IMG/VR virus record: IMGVR_UViG_3300005201_000711
Location: 1,436 to 65,435 of that record
Strand: one strand, 5' to 3'
Origin: a virus
Lineage: Duplodnaviria; Caudoviricetes
Length of the DNA: 64,000 nucleotides
Made by a program: the position numbers and the translations under genes. Of this stretch, positions 1-8,763 are shown one piece after another. The notes under the pieces were generated by a model that saw only the letters and a list, made by a program, of their open reading frames with translations, was not told where the DNA came from and did not search any database. Position 1 is the stretch's first letter. Every line of letters begins with the position of its first letter.

Positions 1-300
1 CAGAGGAGGTTCCAGACTATCCTCAAGTTCTTCTACAAGATCATAGAGATTGGCTGTTACCTCATGATCAATATCGTCAGTGAACTTTTTGAGGCTTTCC
101 TTAAGCAGCGCGTCCTTGTCCCTTCTGGCCAGAAGGCGCAATATGCCGCCGATGTTCAATTCTTTCTCGCCTAGTTTAATCGAGAAACCGTTGATAAAAA
201 CAATAGCTGCCAAAACCAGAACAGATAAAACGATTATCAGCAAATGCTCGATTGGCATTGAATTAACGTCCATTTGAATGTTCGCGTCCAATAGATACAC
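1..300 (-). CDS. Membrane-anchored hypothetical protein, truncated by the window edge (possibly first gene of a lysis module)
   Basis: Not in ORF track. GTG at 300 after GGAGGAGG SD; reads ..MDVNSMPIEHLLIIVLSVLVLAAIVFINGFSIKLGEKELN.. (one TM helix) and stays open to position 1. Confidence 0.6.
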   Translation of the reverse strand, partial: MYLLDANIQMDVNSMPIEHLLIIVLSVLVLAAIVFINGFSIKLGEKELNIGGILRLLARRDKDALLKESLKKFTDDIDHEVTANLYDLVEELEDSLEPPL

Positions 301-333
301 TATGTTACCCTCCTCCCAAAATCGCCGACCAAT

Positions 334-415
334 AAAAAAAGCCCTCTATGGCGACACCTTTCCACAGGTATCGACATAGAGGGCTTCCGTATTGCGGCCA
401 GCCGTCCTACGTTAC
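334..415 (-). ncRNA. Short leader/sRNA A ending in an intrinsic terminator
   Basis: Follows promoter 422-450; 12-bp stem 339-350/375-386 (AAGCCCTCTATG/CATAGAGGGCTT) followed by U7. Confidence 0.6.
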
Positions 416-421
416 TCTAAA

Positions 422-450
422 ATAATAGCACACTTTCAAATAAATGTCAA
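422..450 (-). promoter_or_regulatory. Sigma70-type promoter
   Basis: TTGACA-N17-TATTAT on minus strand in an intergenic region. Confidence 0.75.
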
Positions 451-475
451 CCCCCCTCCGGTACGGGGTTTTAAC

Positions 476-880
476 TTAAGCGGCTGCTCCGTCAGCCTGT
501 AACTCCTCAAGCCTTTCCCGGATCTCATTTATCCGGTTCCGGCACAAGTCCCTCCGCGCATGGAGGGCTGGATCAAGTTCGGACAGGACATTGCCGACCT
601 CGGATGCCTTAATTACCTTATAATCCTTGCTGTCAAGCTCGGCCTGCAAGCGGGCTTCTTCTCGGTTCAAGGCTTCGATTTCCTGCCGCTTTGCAGCCAC
701 GTCAGCCGGTTCACCCAGGACAATATCTCCCGAAGCGTCAATATGCGCGGTGCTGCCAGCCGCCTCCCATTCCGCTTCCTCTACCGTCAATTCAGGCGTT
801 TGTATGCCGTCTAAATCCGACATCGCCTGTAGATCGGTATGGTGGATTACTTCACCATTCTTCTTTGCCAGATACACCAT
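476..880 (-). CDS. Probable tail-fibre assembly/chaperone protein
   Basis: SD GAGGAGG then ATG at 880; C-terminal L..KDYKVIK..E..R...R..INE pattern typical of small genes following phage fibre genes; position. Confidence 0.5.
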   Translation of the reverse strand: MVYLAKKNGEVIHHTDLQAMSDLDGIQTPELTVEEAEWEAAGSTAHIDASGDIVLGEPADVAAKRQEIEALNREEARLQAELDSKDYKVIKASEVGNVLSELDPALHARRDLCRNRINEIRERLEELQADGAAA

Positions 881-891
881 GATCTGCCTCC

Positions 892-2025
892 TCAATGTGT
901 TCTTATGTACAAGCCATTATAAAGCTTGTCCATGTATCGGATCCGGTGATACGCTTGAAAGCGCCTCCGGTAATTCCCTCTCCATGACTGATACGATATC
1001 CATAAATCGTTATAATCCATCCTTCCGTTGATTATAAGGGGTCTGTACTTTATCAGTTTACGGCGCATACGTTTTGTGGATTCCTTTCCGGGAAGTCGCA
1101 GAACCTTACCGGAGGGAAGCAATTTATATTTTCCTTTTAGAAACTCTATCCCATGATCCAGCTTTTCAATGCGTGTTTTTTTCATGTTAATGGTTATCTT
1201 AAGTTTGGTACATATTTTCTGTATCTCATCCAGACAGTGCTTAAGATAGTCCTTGCTTTCGTGTATCAAATACAAATCATCCATGTAACGGCCATAGTAT
1301 TTTATCCGTAACTTCTCCTTTATAAAATGGTCAAGCCGGTTTGGAAAATAAATAGCGGAAATCTGCGATACCTGGCTTCCAAGCCCAAGAGATTTCCCAT
1401 CCCCGAAAACAGAAACAAAGTTTTTTGTTAAATCCAGTACACGCTTATCGGTTATATCCCTTTCAAACATTTTGAATAATAGTTCATGGTCTATGCTATC
1501 AAAAAACTTTGAAAAATCTATTGCAAGAAAGTAACCTTTATTTGATTTTCCATTATGCCTATAAAACTTTGAAAGATGCGTAATAAACCTTCGTATTGAA
1601 AAATGAACGCCTTTTCCTTTTACGCTTGCGCCATTATCATAGATCAATCCATTAGAGAGTATAGGGACAAGCACTTGATCGCAGAGGCACTTCTGTACAA
1701 TTCGTTCTGAAATATGAATAGATTTTATGTGCCGTATTTTTCCGCGTTCATGTAATGTAAATTCTACAAAACCATGCTGGATATTTTCTCCGGCAAGTAA
1801 GCGCCTATGCGTTTCTATGATATTTCTTAGCTCATTTGCTTCATACCGCTGAACTGATTCTTTCCAAGCAACACCTTTCTTTGACTTTTGAAACGCAGTA
1901 TTCAAATTATCAATATCAGCAATACGTTCAAAGCTGTCATATTGAGAAAGTTTATTCTGTCTTTTTGCGGTTCGTTCAGCAACTCTCCGCTGGTAACGCG
2001 CTTCGCGTCTTTCTGCACTGGTCAT
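892..2025 (-). CDS. DGR reverse transcriptase
   Basis: RT motifs AIDFSKFFDSIDH, LGLGSQVSQ (DGR-type SQ motif), YYGRYMDD; basic C-terminus; likely start ATG 2025 (MTSAERR) after GGAG; adjacent to TR and avd. Confidence 0.95.
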   Translation of the reverse strand: MTSAERREARYQRRVAERTAKRQNKLSQYDSFERIADIDNLNTAFQKSKKGVAWKESVQRYEANELRNIIETHRRLLAGENIQHGFVEFTLHERGKIRHIKSIHISERIVQKCLCDQVLVPILSNGLIYDNGASVKGKGVHFSIRRFITHLSKFYRHNGKSNKGYFLAIDFSKFFDSIDHELLFKMFERDITDKRVLDLTKNFVSVFGDGKSLGLGSQVSQISAIYFPNRLDHFIKEKLRIKYYGRYMDDLYLIHESKDYLKHCLDEIQKICTKLKITINMKKTRIEKLDHGIEFLKGKYKLLPSGKVLRLPGKESTKRMRRKLIKYRPLIINGRMDYNDLWISYQSWRGNYRRRFQAYHRIRYMDKLYNGLYIRTH

Positions 2026-2283
2026 ATATAACTCCAAAAATAAAAAACGCCTTGTATGGCATACGTTGAATGATAGATAAAATATCTCACTTTCAACGTT
2101 TTGCGTAGTATGCCACATAATGTTAACAGGTATGAAAGCGCCTAACGCAGTCCGGCACTCATGCAAGAAGCGTCCACCTGAACATATCAAGGCTAATATT
2201 CGTGGGCAAGCCCACAGGACAATATCTCCTTCTGTGTTGGATACATCGGTCAAAAAGACCTACCGTGTTGTATCTCACGGAAT
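2026..2283 (-). ncRNA. DGR RNA spacer between TR and RT, including IMH*
   Basis: Non-coding interval between TR and RT start; sequence after TR (ATTCCGTGAG) differs from that after the VRs (CTTTCTGTGT); small stem 2263-2280. Confidence 0.6.
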
Positions 2284-2373
2284 CGGGGGCGCAGCCACCC
2301 ACAGAACTCGCGTTGTTATTGTTGCTGTTGCCATTGTTGTTGACATTACAGAAGTTGGAAGACGACCCGGAAT
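2284..2373 (-). repeat. DGR template repeat (TR)
   Basis: 90 bp, in-register reading SGSSSNFCNVNNNGNSNNNNASSVGGCAP with 10 AAY codons; matches two VRs with mismatches only at A. Confidence 0.95.
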
Positions 2374-2892
2374 TTAGATATTGCCCTTATTTTCCTCTAT
2401 AACTCCCTCCCCACTTTTCTGGCGCTTTTCAATGAGAGCCAATATCTTACTATTTGCCTTGCGCCATCCCTTGAGCAATGATATTTCATATTCAATCTGC
2501 TCAATATACGGAACGAACTTTGAAACTTTTACAGGAAGCACGTCCTGACAGTAAAGAATTTCCTGTAGAAGTTGTTCACAATTTATTATAGCAGCAGTCT
2601 GATAATGCCGCCGCGTCTGTAATTCATCCTTACTTACTGGATAAATGGTATTCCCAGCTGTAATGTTCATTACAAGATTACGGAGTAGGTTACGAATATT
2701 CCTGGAAAAGTCGGAAATCAGTTCATCATAAAAACCTTCCGGCTGCTGGGATCCAGTATCAGCCTTGAACTGTGCACCACGGCTATGTATCCCAAAGTCC
2801 CGGAGAACGAGCATAGTTAATTCTCTCCTCATTTTTCGTGCGTTATGATAAAACTCAAGCTTTGAGAGCCCTCGTTTTTTCTTCAGAACCAT
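2374..2892 (-). CDS. avd: DGR accessory variability determinant (Avd-like four-helix-bundle protein)
   Basis: MVLKKKRGLSKLEFY... and EI.LLKGWRK motifs typical of Avd; lies between target gene and TR; its TAA abuts the TR. Confidence 0.85.
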   Translation of the reverse strand: MVLKKKRGLSKLEFYHNARKMRRELTMLVLRDFGIHSRGAQFKADTGSQQPEGFYDELISDFSRNIRNLLRNLVMNITAGNTIYPVSKDELQTRRHYQTAAIINCEQLLQEILYCQDVLPVKVSKFVPYIEQIEYEISLLKGWRKANSKILALIEKRQKSGEGVIEENKGNI

Positions 2893-2994
2893 TACCGGAA
2901 CACCCCAAAACTCAAAATTTTTCCGAGCCGCTTCGCGGCTACTTCGGCTGTAGGCTCGCTCCGCTCGCCACTTTTGAAGTATATCAGCCGTAAC

Positions 2995-3045
2995 CCCTCC
3001 CCACAAGGGGGAGGGATTCAAGATTATCCGTGTGCTAAAGCACAC
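2995..3045 (-). promoter_or_regulatory. Double-hairpin target-recognition cassette downstream of VR1
   Basis: GTGTGC-TAAA-GCACAC (3030-3045) and CCCTCCCC-ACAAG-GGGGAGGG (2995-3015), given on + strand. Confidence 0.7.
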
Positions 3046-4066
3046 AGAAAGCGGGGGCGCAGCCACCCACAGAACTCGCGGTGTAACTGCTGCTGTTGCC
3101 ATTGCCGCTGACACTACAGAAGTCGGAAGACGACCCGGAATGAGCCGTTGCTAAGAAGTACCAATCGCGTGATCCGTTCCACCTCTTTATCCGATACACA
3201 TAACTTTTCTGGTATATCGGATAATGTAAATTGGTGTTCCATGCAGTTAGCTCATCCCCATAGGTCTGATTCCCAAACAATTCAATTTCTGTCGGAAGCC
3301 ACACGGTGTAGTTATCCCAGGAAGAACTACCTTTATGGACATGGCCTTTTCTAATCGTATAAAGATAATCCCCGCCCAAGGCAGCTTTTAAGCCGGTTGC
3401 AAAAACGCCACTTCCATCTCCGCTCGCACCTTCAAGCCACACTCTCATTTCACTTGATTTATATCCTCCGGCATTGGTATCTGTCGGATTCATACGTCCT
3501 CTGGCTATGGAATTGCGGGTTGTGATCAAAAGGCTGTTTTTGTTTTTTTCCGTGTCTCCTACTCCTTTATAAGGATTCATACCGGAAAGAATGAGGCGAT
3601 TATTTTTATAGGCGTTGCTCCACGCCTGTGGAGCGCTCCCGCCTGTTGGTGCAGCGATAGCGCTTAGATCGAGACCATCCAGATAATCTCCAACTTGCAA
3701 CCCCTTTATATCAGGTATTCCGCTACCGTCTATTTCCCCATTGTTGTTCATCCTTATTCGGATTTTTGCCATTGATTCTGCAATAGCCTCACTTATTAAC
3801 GCTGGGGTGGTCATTTCCTCAAACCCATGACCAAGCAAGATTTTCATTAAATCGCGTCCATAGCCTTCTACCATGTCAGCACCAAGAGAAACAGAACCTG
3901 CCTCCAATTTGCCCATACCAGCACGGAGAAACACGGTTCTGTCCGCGAGTTGTTTCGCTTGTAAATTAGAGATACCTGCCGGAAGCGGCCCACCCCTAAC
4001 ATCATCGTTTTCTTCTATCTGGTAGATACCCTCCTGCCAGAGCAAGTCTTCAGGTAAATTTGCCAT
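3035..4066 (-). CDS. Tail fibre / receptor-binding protein, DGR target 1 (C-terminal CLec-type domain)
   Basis: N-terminus MANLPE..WQEGIYQIE..D.V.GG..GISN.QAKQLA.RT typical of tail fibres; C-terminal WLPTE.E.FG...FC.V..G....A....G..PAFC contains VR1. Confidence 0.9.
   Translation of the reverse strand: MANLPEDLLWQEGIYQIEENDDVRGGPLPAGISNLQAKQLADRTVFLRAGMGKLEAGSVSLGADMVEGYGRDLMKILLGHGFEEMTTPALISEAIAESMAKIRIRMNNNGEIDGSGIPDIKGLQVGDYLDGLDLSAIAAPTGGSAPQAWSNAYKNNRLILSGMNPYKGVGDTEKNKNSLLITTRNSIARGRMNPTDTNAGGYKSSEMRVWLEGASGDGSGVFATGLKAALGGDYLYTIRKGHVHKGSSSWDNYTVWLPTEIELFGNQTYGDELTAWNTNLHYPIYQKSYVYRIKRWNGSRDWYFLATAHSGSSSDFCSVSGNGNSSSYTASSVGGCAPAFCVL
3052..3141 (-). repeat. DGR variable repeat VR1
   Basis: 81/90 identical to TR; all 9 differences at TR adenines. 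Confidence 0.95.
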
Positions 4067-4078
4067 GATAAACCTCCA

Positions 4079-4534
4079 TTAAAAATAAATCGTCCATGTC
4101 CCCTCAAGGGAAATGTCGCTTTGCTTGTTAATTGGTGTAGCTCTTGTCCTGCGGCAAAATAAATTACCGTTGGCTGTCAGCATACCCATTTCCATAATTG
4201 CTAATCCGTTTGCTTCCGAGGTGGTAAGGTTCCACGCGAAGGTTACTTGTCCAACAGCCGGATAAGTAACTGCTCCCAGATTTTTTGTGAACGGATTCTG
4301 AATTTCCGTATCATCAACAGTCGGATTACTACCATTCGTGCCAAATGAAATTGCTTGCATTGACCGATTCGCTACATCACCCGCTATAAGGTGAGCCATG
4401 TTAGTTCGCGCAAGATCGACAATCAAATTATCGTATTCAAAAGTTTCAATGAGTTTTCGCTCATCTCCTTCACCTTTGTAGACGTTTCCTTTGAGAACAC
4501 CACGCAGACTAACCTTTTCTTTTAACTCTACCAT
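4079..4534 (-). CDS. Baseplate/tail-fibre attachment protein
   Basis: Position between wedge and fibre; NLIV..R..A.LIAG and EAN G..I.E.G motifs of tail-collar-type proteins. Confidence 0.55.
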   Translation of the reverse strand: MVELKEKVSLRGVLKGNVYKGEGDERKLIETFEYDNLIVDLARTNMAHLIAGDVANRSMQAISFGTNGSNPTVDDTEIQNPFTKNLGAVTYPAVGQVTFAWNLTTSEANGLAIMEMGMLTANGNLFCRRTRATPINKQSDISLEGTWTIYF

Positions 4535-4544
4535 GTTATTCCTC

Positions 4545-5726
4545 CTACACTGGTATTAAAACGTTACCGTTATAGAGAATTGCACCACCGTATTTATATG
4601 CGCCATTAAACTTACGGAGAAAACGCTTGCCAATACTAATGTCATCAGCAATTATTACCACATCGGAAGCGGATTCCGTGCTTCCATCCATAGAGATTTC
4701 TTCCCTTGCGGAGTGGTACTTTATTTCCCCATTAAAGTTGAAATAACCGTCATATCTTTTACGAGTGGTGAAACGCTCATCAAGCGGCTTATTTATTTGA
4801 ACGGACAGAGTATCTGCCGTTGTTTCCGTATCTGCCAAAGCAGTAACAGCAGTATTTTTCAATATGTCATAGAAACTATTATTTCCAAAACCGGAATAAT
4901 CTTTTATTCCGTTATGTTTTGCTGCTCCATTGTATTTTGTTCTTGAACGAGCATAGTCAGAGTAGGCTTGTGGTATATTAGCGGAAACCGCGTCCCTTAT
5001 TCCGCTTCTATATTTGAAAGGAACTATAACAAAAGAATCAGCTTCTACTTCCTGTATTCTATTGTGTTGAATTACACCATTGTATTTATATCTTCCGTTG
5101 TATTTGAGAGTTACGATCTCGGTATTATTCAGGGTATGGCCGTCATATTTTCCGCGTCCGTTATATTTAAGCCCATTCAAAAAGCTGTCATGAAGTATTC
5201 TCCGTACCGTTATTTTTAATGTGTCTGTAACGGTAAATTCTTCAGTAAAGATAAATAATTCTTTAGTGGAGAATGAAACCCCAGCCGGTATTACTTCGGC
5301 AAGAAGTCTGTTGAAATTAAGCCCAGGCGTTCCCTCGCCGTCATGTTCAATGATTAAACCAGCAGGATAATCCGGTACTATATGTACTACCTCTGATGAG
5401 TAAAGATATTTTATAGCTTTTATAATATCCGGTATTGATCCGTCATTTGTATTAAGCAGCTTCCGCAGGTTTAGGATAATTCTGTAATACTCATCATCGC
5501 TTCCGTTTCGTGGTTCTCTTAATACCTTTCCGATACGGTCAAGGAAATGCCCTTCTACATGATCCAGATCCCATTGATCTTTTAATGAAAGAATATGCCT
5601 GTCTACTTCGCATAAACCTTTATCGCCGAAAGTAGCCAGTTTGAGGGTCTCATCTTTGCATAACCACTGCTGATAGAAAGGAGGCTTGTTATATACTTTC
5701 CAGTCTATCTCTTGAAAGTCCCTCAT
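4545..5726 (-). CDS. Baseplate wedge protein (DUF2612-like) with C-terminal KYNG/YDG repeats
   Basis: LD.IG..L...R...DD.YR motif; follows baseplate J. Confidence 0.65.
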   Translation of the reverse strand: MRDFQEIDWKVYNKPPFYQQWLCKDETLKLATFGDKGLCEVDRHILSLKDQWDLDHVEGHFLDRIGKVLREPRNGSDDEYYRIILNLRKLLNTNDGSIPDIIKAIKYLYSSEVVHIVPDYPAGLIIEHDGEGTPGLNFNRLLAEVIPAGVSFSTKELFIFTEEFTVTDTLKITVRRILHDSFLNGLKYNGRGKYDGHTLNNTEIVTLKYNGRYKYNGVIQHNRIQEVEADSFVIVPFKYRSGIRDAVSANIPQAYSDYARSRTKYNGAAKHNGIKDYSGFGNNSFYDILKNTAVTALADTETTADTLSVQINKPLDERFTTRKRYDGYFNFNGEIKYHSAREEISMDGSTESASDVVIIADDISIGKRFLRKFNGAYKYGGAILYNGNVLIPV

Positions 5727-7171
5727 TCAGAAAGCTCCTGGACATTTATTCTGCTGCTGTCGAGGACAGCAATTTCTACTTCGCTTATCTCCACGTTACC
5801 GCTTGCGTAATCTCCTGCTTGTGGTGGCGTTAAATCATCGGTAACTGCTACTTGAATATCTGCAAAGCCAATGCCCGGCACGTCATAAACTGGCCGGAAC
5901 ATTCTCTGGAAAATAAGATCAACGCCTACACCAAGCGCACCCTGTCCCCATTCAATAATGTTTCCCTGTATTGCGCTTACAATACCAACAGGCAAATCTT
6001 CTTCCAGGTTCCGGGAGTATATAATTTTTATCCAGATATACTTATTGATTGGCCTTGAGAAACCAATATCCCAATGGAAGCCCTCGCTGTCAGTAACGTC
6101 TTTTATGATATTTCCGAAAGGCTGTACCCCTGCCGGGCCTTTCTGAAAAATTGTTTCCGCTATAGCTTGCTCATCACCGCCGACCACAACAGCCTCGTAA
6201 CATTTTGGCGGCCTACCGTTGACCACAATAATATCGCGATTGGAATAGACACGAGCGTATTCTACTCCCGGAACCTTTAGGATTTCGTTTTGTATTGCGA
6301 CCTCATTTGATGTCGCCTGTTTCTGTCGAGTACCCAACCCCATGCGGAGTTCGGTATCGCTTTCCATTGCTCTGCCGGTAATGCCGGAAGCATAATTTAT
6401 AGCTGATTCTACTCCATTTACTTTACTGACAAATTCAGTAAGTGCGCCGATAGAAACAATAATTGGCCCTGTCCTTGTCGCGATATATACGGCATAAAAT
6501 CCCAGCAAAGGAAACTCAAGGCTTGTGTCGGAGGAGGCCAAAGAAAACGCCTCAAGCCCTGTCCGTGAATGAACGGAAAGCCCGGAACCAGTATTTTCCA
6601 TTTCAAATACTCCGGGGAAAGCCGTTTCAATGGCTGTGGCAATACCGTCCTGTATCTGTTCTTCCTCATCCCCCTCCGCTGCGATATATGTTATGATTTC
6701 GGATCCAATTTGAAGCTGATAGGAATGCCCTGCAGTTACTTCACTCACGGAAAGAAGAAAGCCAAGTAGCGTTAAGCGGGAAACAGTAGCCGCTCCTGCT
6801 ATTCTAAAGGTCTGTCCATTTGCTAATCTAAGTAAGTTTCCTGCTGGTATCTCCGTCCCTTCCTCTGCCCAAAGACACGTATACACCCGCGTTGCATTTG
6901 CCAGTAACCGACCAACATTAACAAAGTTCACAATGCGATCCAGATACACCCCAAAAGAATCATCTACATCACCTATGGCATAAAGTTTTCCTAACTGCTC
7001 CCATAGCTGGGAGCGTTTCAATGCCTGATTCCTGACATAGACACCTTGAATACTGGTATCCGATAAATCAATATCGTTCCCAAAAGCAGTACGGAAGTCG
7101 TCTTGTTCTTCTTGCAGTATTATTTCAAAAGGTTTTACTATAAACCCTTTGTCAGTTACACCATATTCCAT
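5723..7171 (-). CDS. Baseplate J-like protein
   Basis: MEYGVTDKGFIVK, G...ESD.ELR, VPGV..ARV.N, I...PAG motifs. Confidence 0.85.
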   Translation of the reverse strand: MEYGVTDKGFIVKPFEIILQEEQDDFRTAFGNDIDLSDTSIQGVYVRNQALKRSQLWEQLGKLYAIGDVDDSFGVYLDRIVNFVNVGRLLANATRVYTCLWAEEGTEIPAGNLLRLANGQTFRIAGAATVSRLTLLGFLLSVSEVTAGHSYQLQIGSEIITYIAAEGDEEEQIQDGIATAIETAFPGVFEMENTGSGLSVHSRTGLEAFSLASSDTSLEFPLLGFYAVYIATRTGPIIVSIGALTEFVSKVNGVESAINYASGITGRAMESDTELRMGLGTRQKQATSNEVAIQNEILKVPGVEYARVYSNRDIIVVNGRPPKCYEAVVVGGDEQAIAETIFQKGPAGVQPFGNIIKDVTDSEGFHWDIGFSRPINKYIWIKIIYSRNLEEDLPVGIVSAIQGNIIEWGQGALGVGVDLIFQRMFRPVYDVPGIGFADIQVAVTDDLTPPQAGDYASGNVEISEVEIAVLDSSRINVQELSE

Positions 7172-7172
7172 A

Positions 7173-7544
7173 CTATCCTCCTACCTCTTCGGTATGGCTG
7201 TATTGTTCTCCGGTATCAATTTGAACCGTAAAATTAACTCTTAATTTTCTTGTAGCCTTATCAAGTGTTGAACTAAAGGAAAGGAATTTAACAACTCCGG
7301 GGATTTCACCAATTCGTACTTGTAGAGCAGTCTCAATCATGCGCCTGTGCATATTTTTTTCCGTGGTTTCACTTGGTATATAGGGTATGCCAATACTTCT
7401 ATCCATGAACCACTCACCTTGAAAAACAGAAATGGTATGCCTGATTTTCTGTGATAAGTATTCAAGACGAGTACTTGTAAAACGCCAGCTATGATCTTCG
7501 ACCGCGAACTTATTGCTATTCTGCTGAAGTAGTAAATCTTTCAT
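7173..7544 (-). CDS. Baseplate wedge subunit (gp25/gp46-like)
   Basis: QKIR..I..F.GEWF.D.S.GIPY motif; upstream of baseplate J. Confidence 0.7.
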   Translation of the reverse strand: MKDLLLQQNSNKFAVEDHSWRFTSTRLEYLSQKIRHTISVFQGEWFMDRSIGIPYIPSETTEKNMHRRMIETALQVRIGEIPGVVKFLSFSSTLDKATRKLRVNFTVQIDTGEQYSHTEEVGG

Positions 7545-8047
7545 GCTATCGCCATCCCTGTAGTAGCTCCGCTATATGAAGCATGGCTACCTGATACTGC
7601 CGCTGGATTTGGAAAGCTTGATTTTAGGCTTGATATTAACTGTGTGCAAAAACTTAACATTGCAGAATCTTGTGTATCCTGCTTATTCATTGTTATTGTT
7701 AAAACACCTGAAGGATTGTAGGTAAGAGGATTCAAAGAAAATCCTGCTGGTGGAGATATAGTTATACTTGATTTTATTAGAGCAGCAAGCTTCAAAAGAA
7801 AATCTGCAAATGTTCCTGAAGGGGTAAGCGTTCCGCTTCCAGAGAGTGAAGCCTTAAAAGAAGTAACAGGGTCAGGCGTACCGGATGATGTATCTGTAGC
7901 AGACCAGCCATAAGTAATGTCCATGTTAGCAACAATATATTCTAGTACCGCATCACCAAATTTCTTATTTGCAGTATTCGCACCGCTGGCTTCGCAATTC
8001 ATTTTTGTGATAATAGTGTTTTTCATATCTGTAGCGCTCATACTCAT
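7541..8047 (-). CDS. Hypothetical protein in baseplate operon
   Basis: ORF coupled by overlapping stop/start to both neighbours. Confidence 0.5.
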   Translation of the reverse strand: MSMSATDMKNTIITKMNCEASGANTANKKFGDAVLEYIVANMDITYGWSATDTSSGTPDPVTSFKASLSGSGTLTPSGTFADFLLKLAALIKSSITISPPAGFSLNPLTYNPSGVLTITMNKQDTQDSAMLSFCTQLISSLKSSFPNPAAVSGSHASYSGATTGMAIA

Positions 8048-8763
8048 GTTCCTGATACCTCACTCCCACCATGCGGCGCACCTGTGAATAGGCAGTTAGG
8101 AATAGCGCAGAGAGGGCCTGTACTCGGTGCTACAGTTCCTTTCATGGTGAACGCGCCGCCAGTAACTTCAACTTTTGGAGAATCTATCGTTACTTTTTGT
8201 CCTGTTAAATCAACAGTACAATTTTGAGTTTTTGCTGTTATATGATCCTCCTCCATTAAGACCTTTGCTTTTTTCTTGTACACGGTTTCCACTTTGTTAT
8301 CTGTTATAAGCACTTGCGCGATGAGTTCTCCGTCAAACTTGTCTTTGTGAATTATTTGCAGCCCAGGTTCCTCCGCTGCGATAAACTCAATCGGCTGTAA
8401 GCCAGGAGTGCAATAGGCATCGCATAGATCAAACCTGCGCGGATCCGGGTCTTCAATACCGTCCTGTCCAATATCTTTCCATGCCTCAAGAGAACGCTCG
8501 CTAAAGAAGACAGCAACCTCATCGCCTTTCTCAAGCGGGAAATGGATTGTATATTTCTTTGTTCCGGGGAATTGAACCGGAACATCTATCAATAACGGAA
8601 ATGGAATATACTCTTTATTTCCGGCATGGCGCATAAGCGAGGGCTGTACTATTGCACGTCTTGTTTTTGCGTTATATTCACTTACAACTCCGGGAAAGGA
8701 CGTGTGTATCTGGGTAAAGTAATACTCGGTGAATTCACGCATGAAGTCGGTTAGGTCTTGCAT
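8044..8763 (-). CDS. Baseplate spike / Gp138-like membrane-puncturing protein
   Basis: PG.V..Y......A.VQP, DVPV.FP, GD.V.V.F.ERS, R.FDL.DA...PG motifs. Confidence 0.8.
   Translation of the reverse strand: MQDLTDFMREFTEYYFTQIHTSFPGVVSEYNAKTRRAIVQPSLMRHAGNKEYIPFPLLIDVPVQFPGTKKYTIHFPLEKGDEVAVFFSERSLEAWKDIGQDGIEDPDPRRFDLCDAYCTPGLQPIEFIAAEEPGLQIIHKDKFDGELIAQVLITDNKVETVYKKKAKVLMEEDHITAKTQNCTVDLTGQKVTIDSPKVEVTGGAFTMKGTVAPSTGPLCAIPNCLFTGAPHGGSEVSGT

Noticed and set aside
434-445. Possible degenerate repressor operator in the 422-450 promoter
   Set aside because: Only 8/12 match and a different position relative to -35.
892-2025. RT as a group II intron or retron
   Set aside because: No intron domain V/VI or msr-msd seen; Avd, TR and VRs present.
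2026-2253. N-terminal extension of RT in ORF track
   Set aside because: Runs through the DGR spacer RNA; an SD-supported ATG is at 2025.
2284-2373. TR/VR repeats as CRISPR or a simple gene duplication
   Set aside because: No repeat-spacer array or cas genes; mismatches are exclusively at adenines, diagnostic of a DGR.
2893-3114. N-terminal extension of Avd reading through VR1
   Set aside because: Alternative frame of the VR and hairpin region. The same artefact occurs at 55812-55946 for VRR-NUC.
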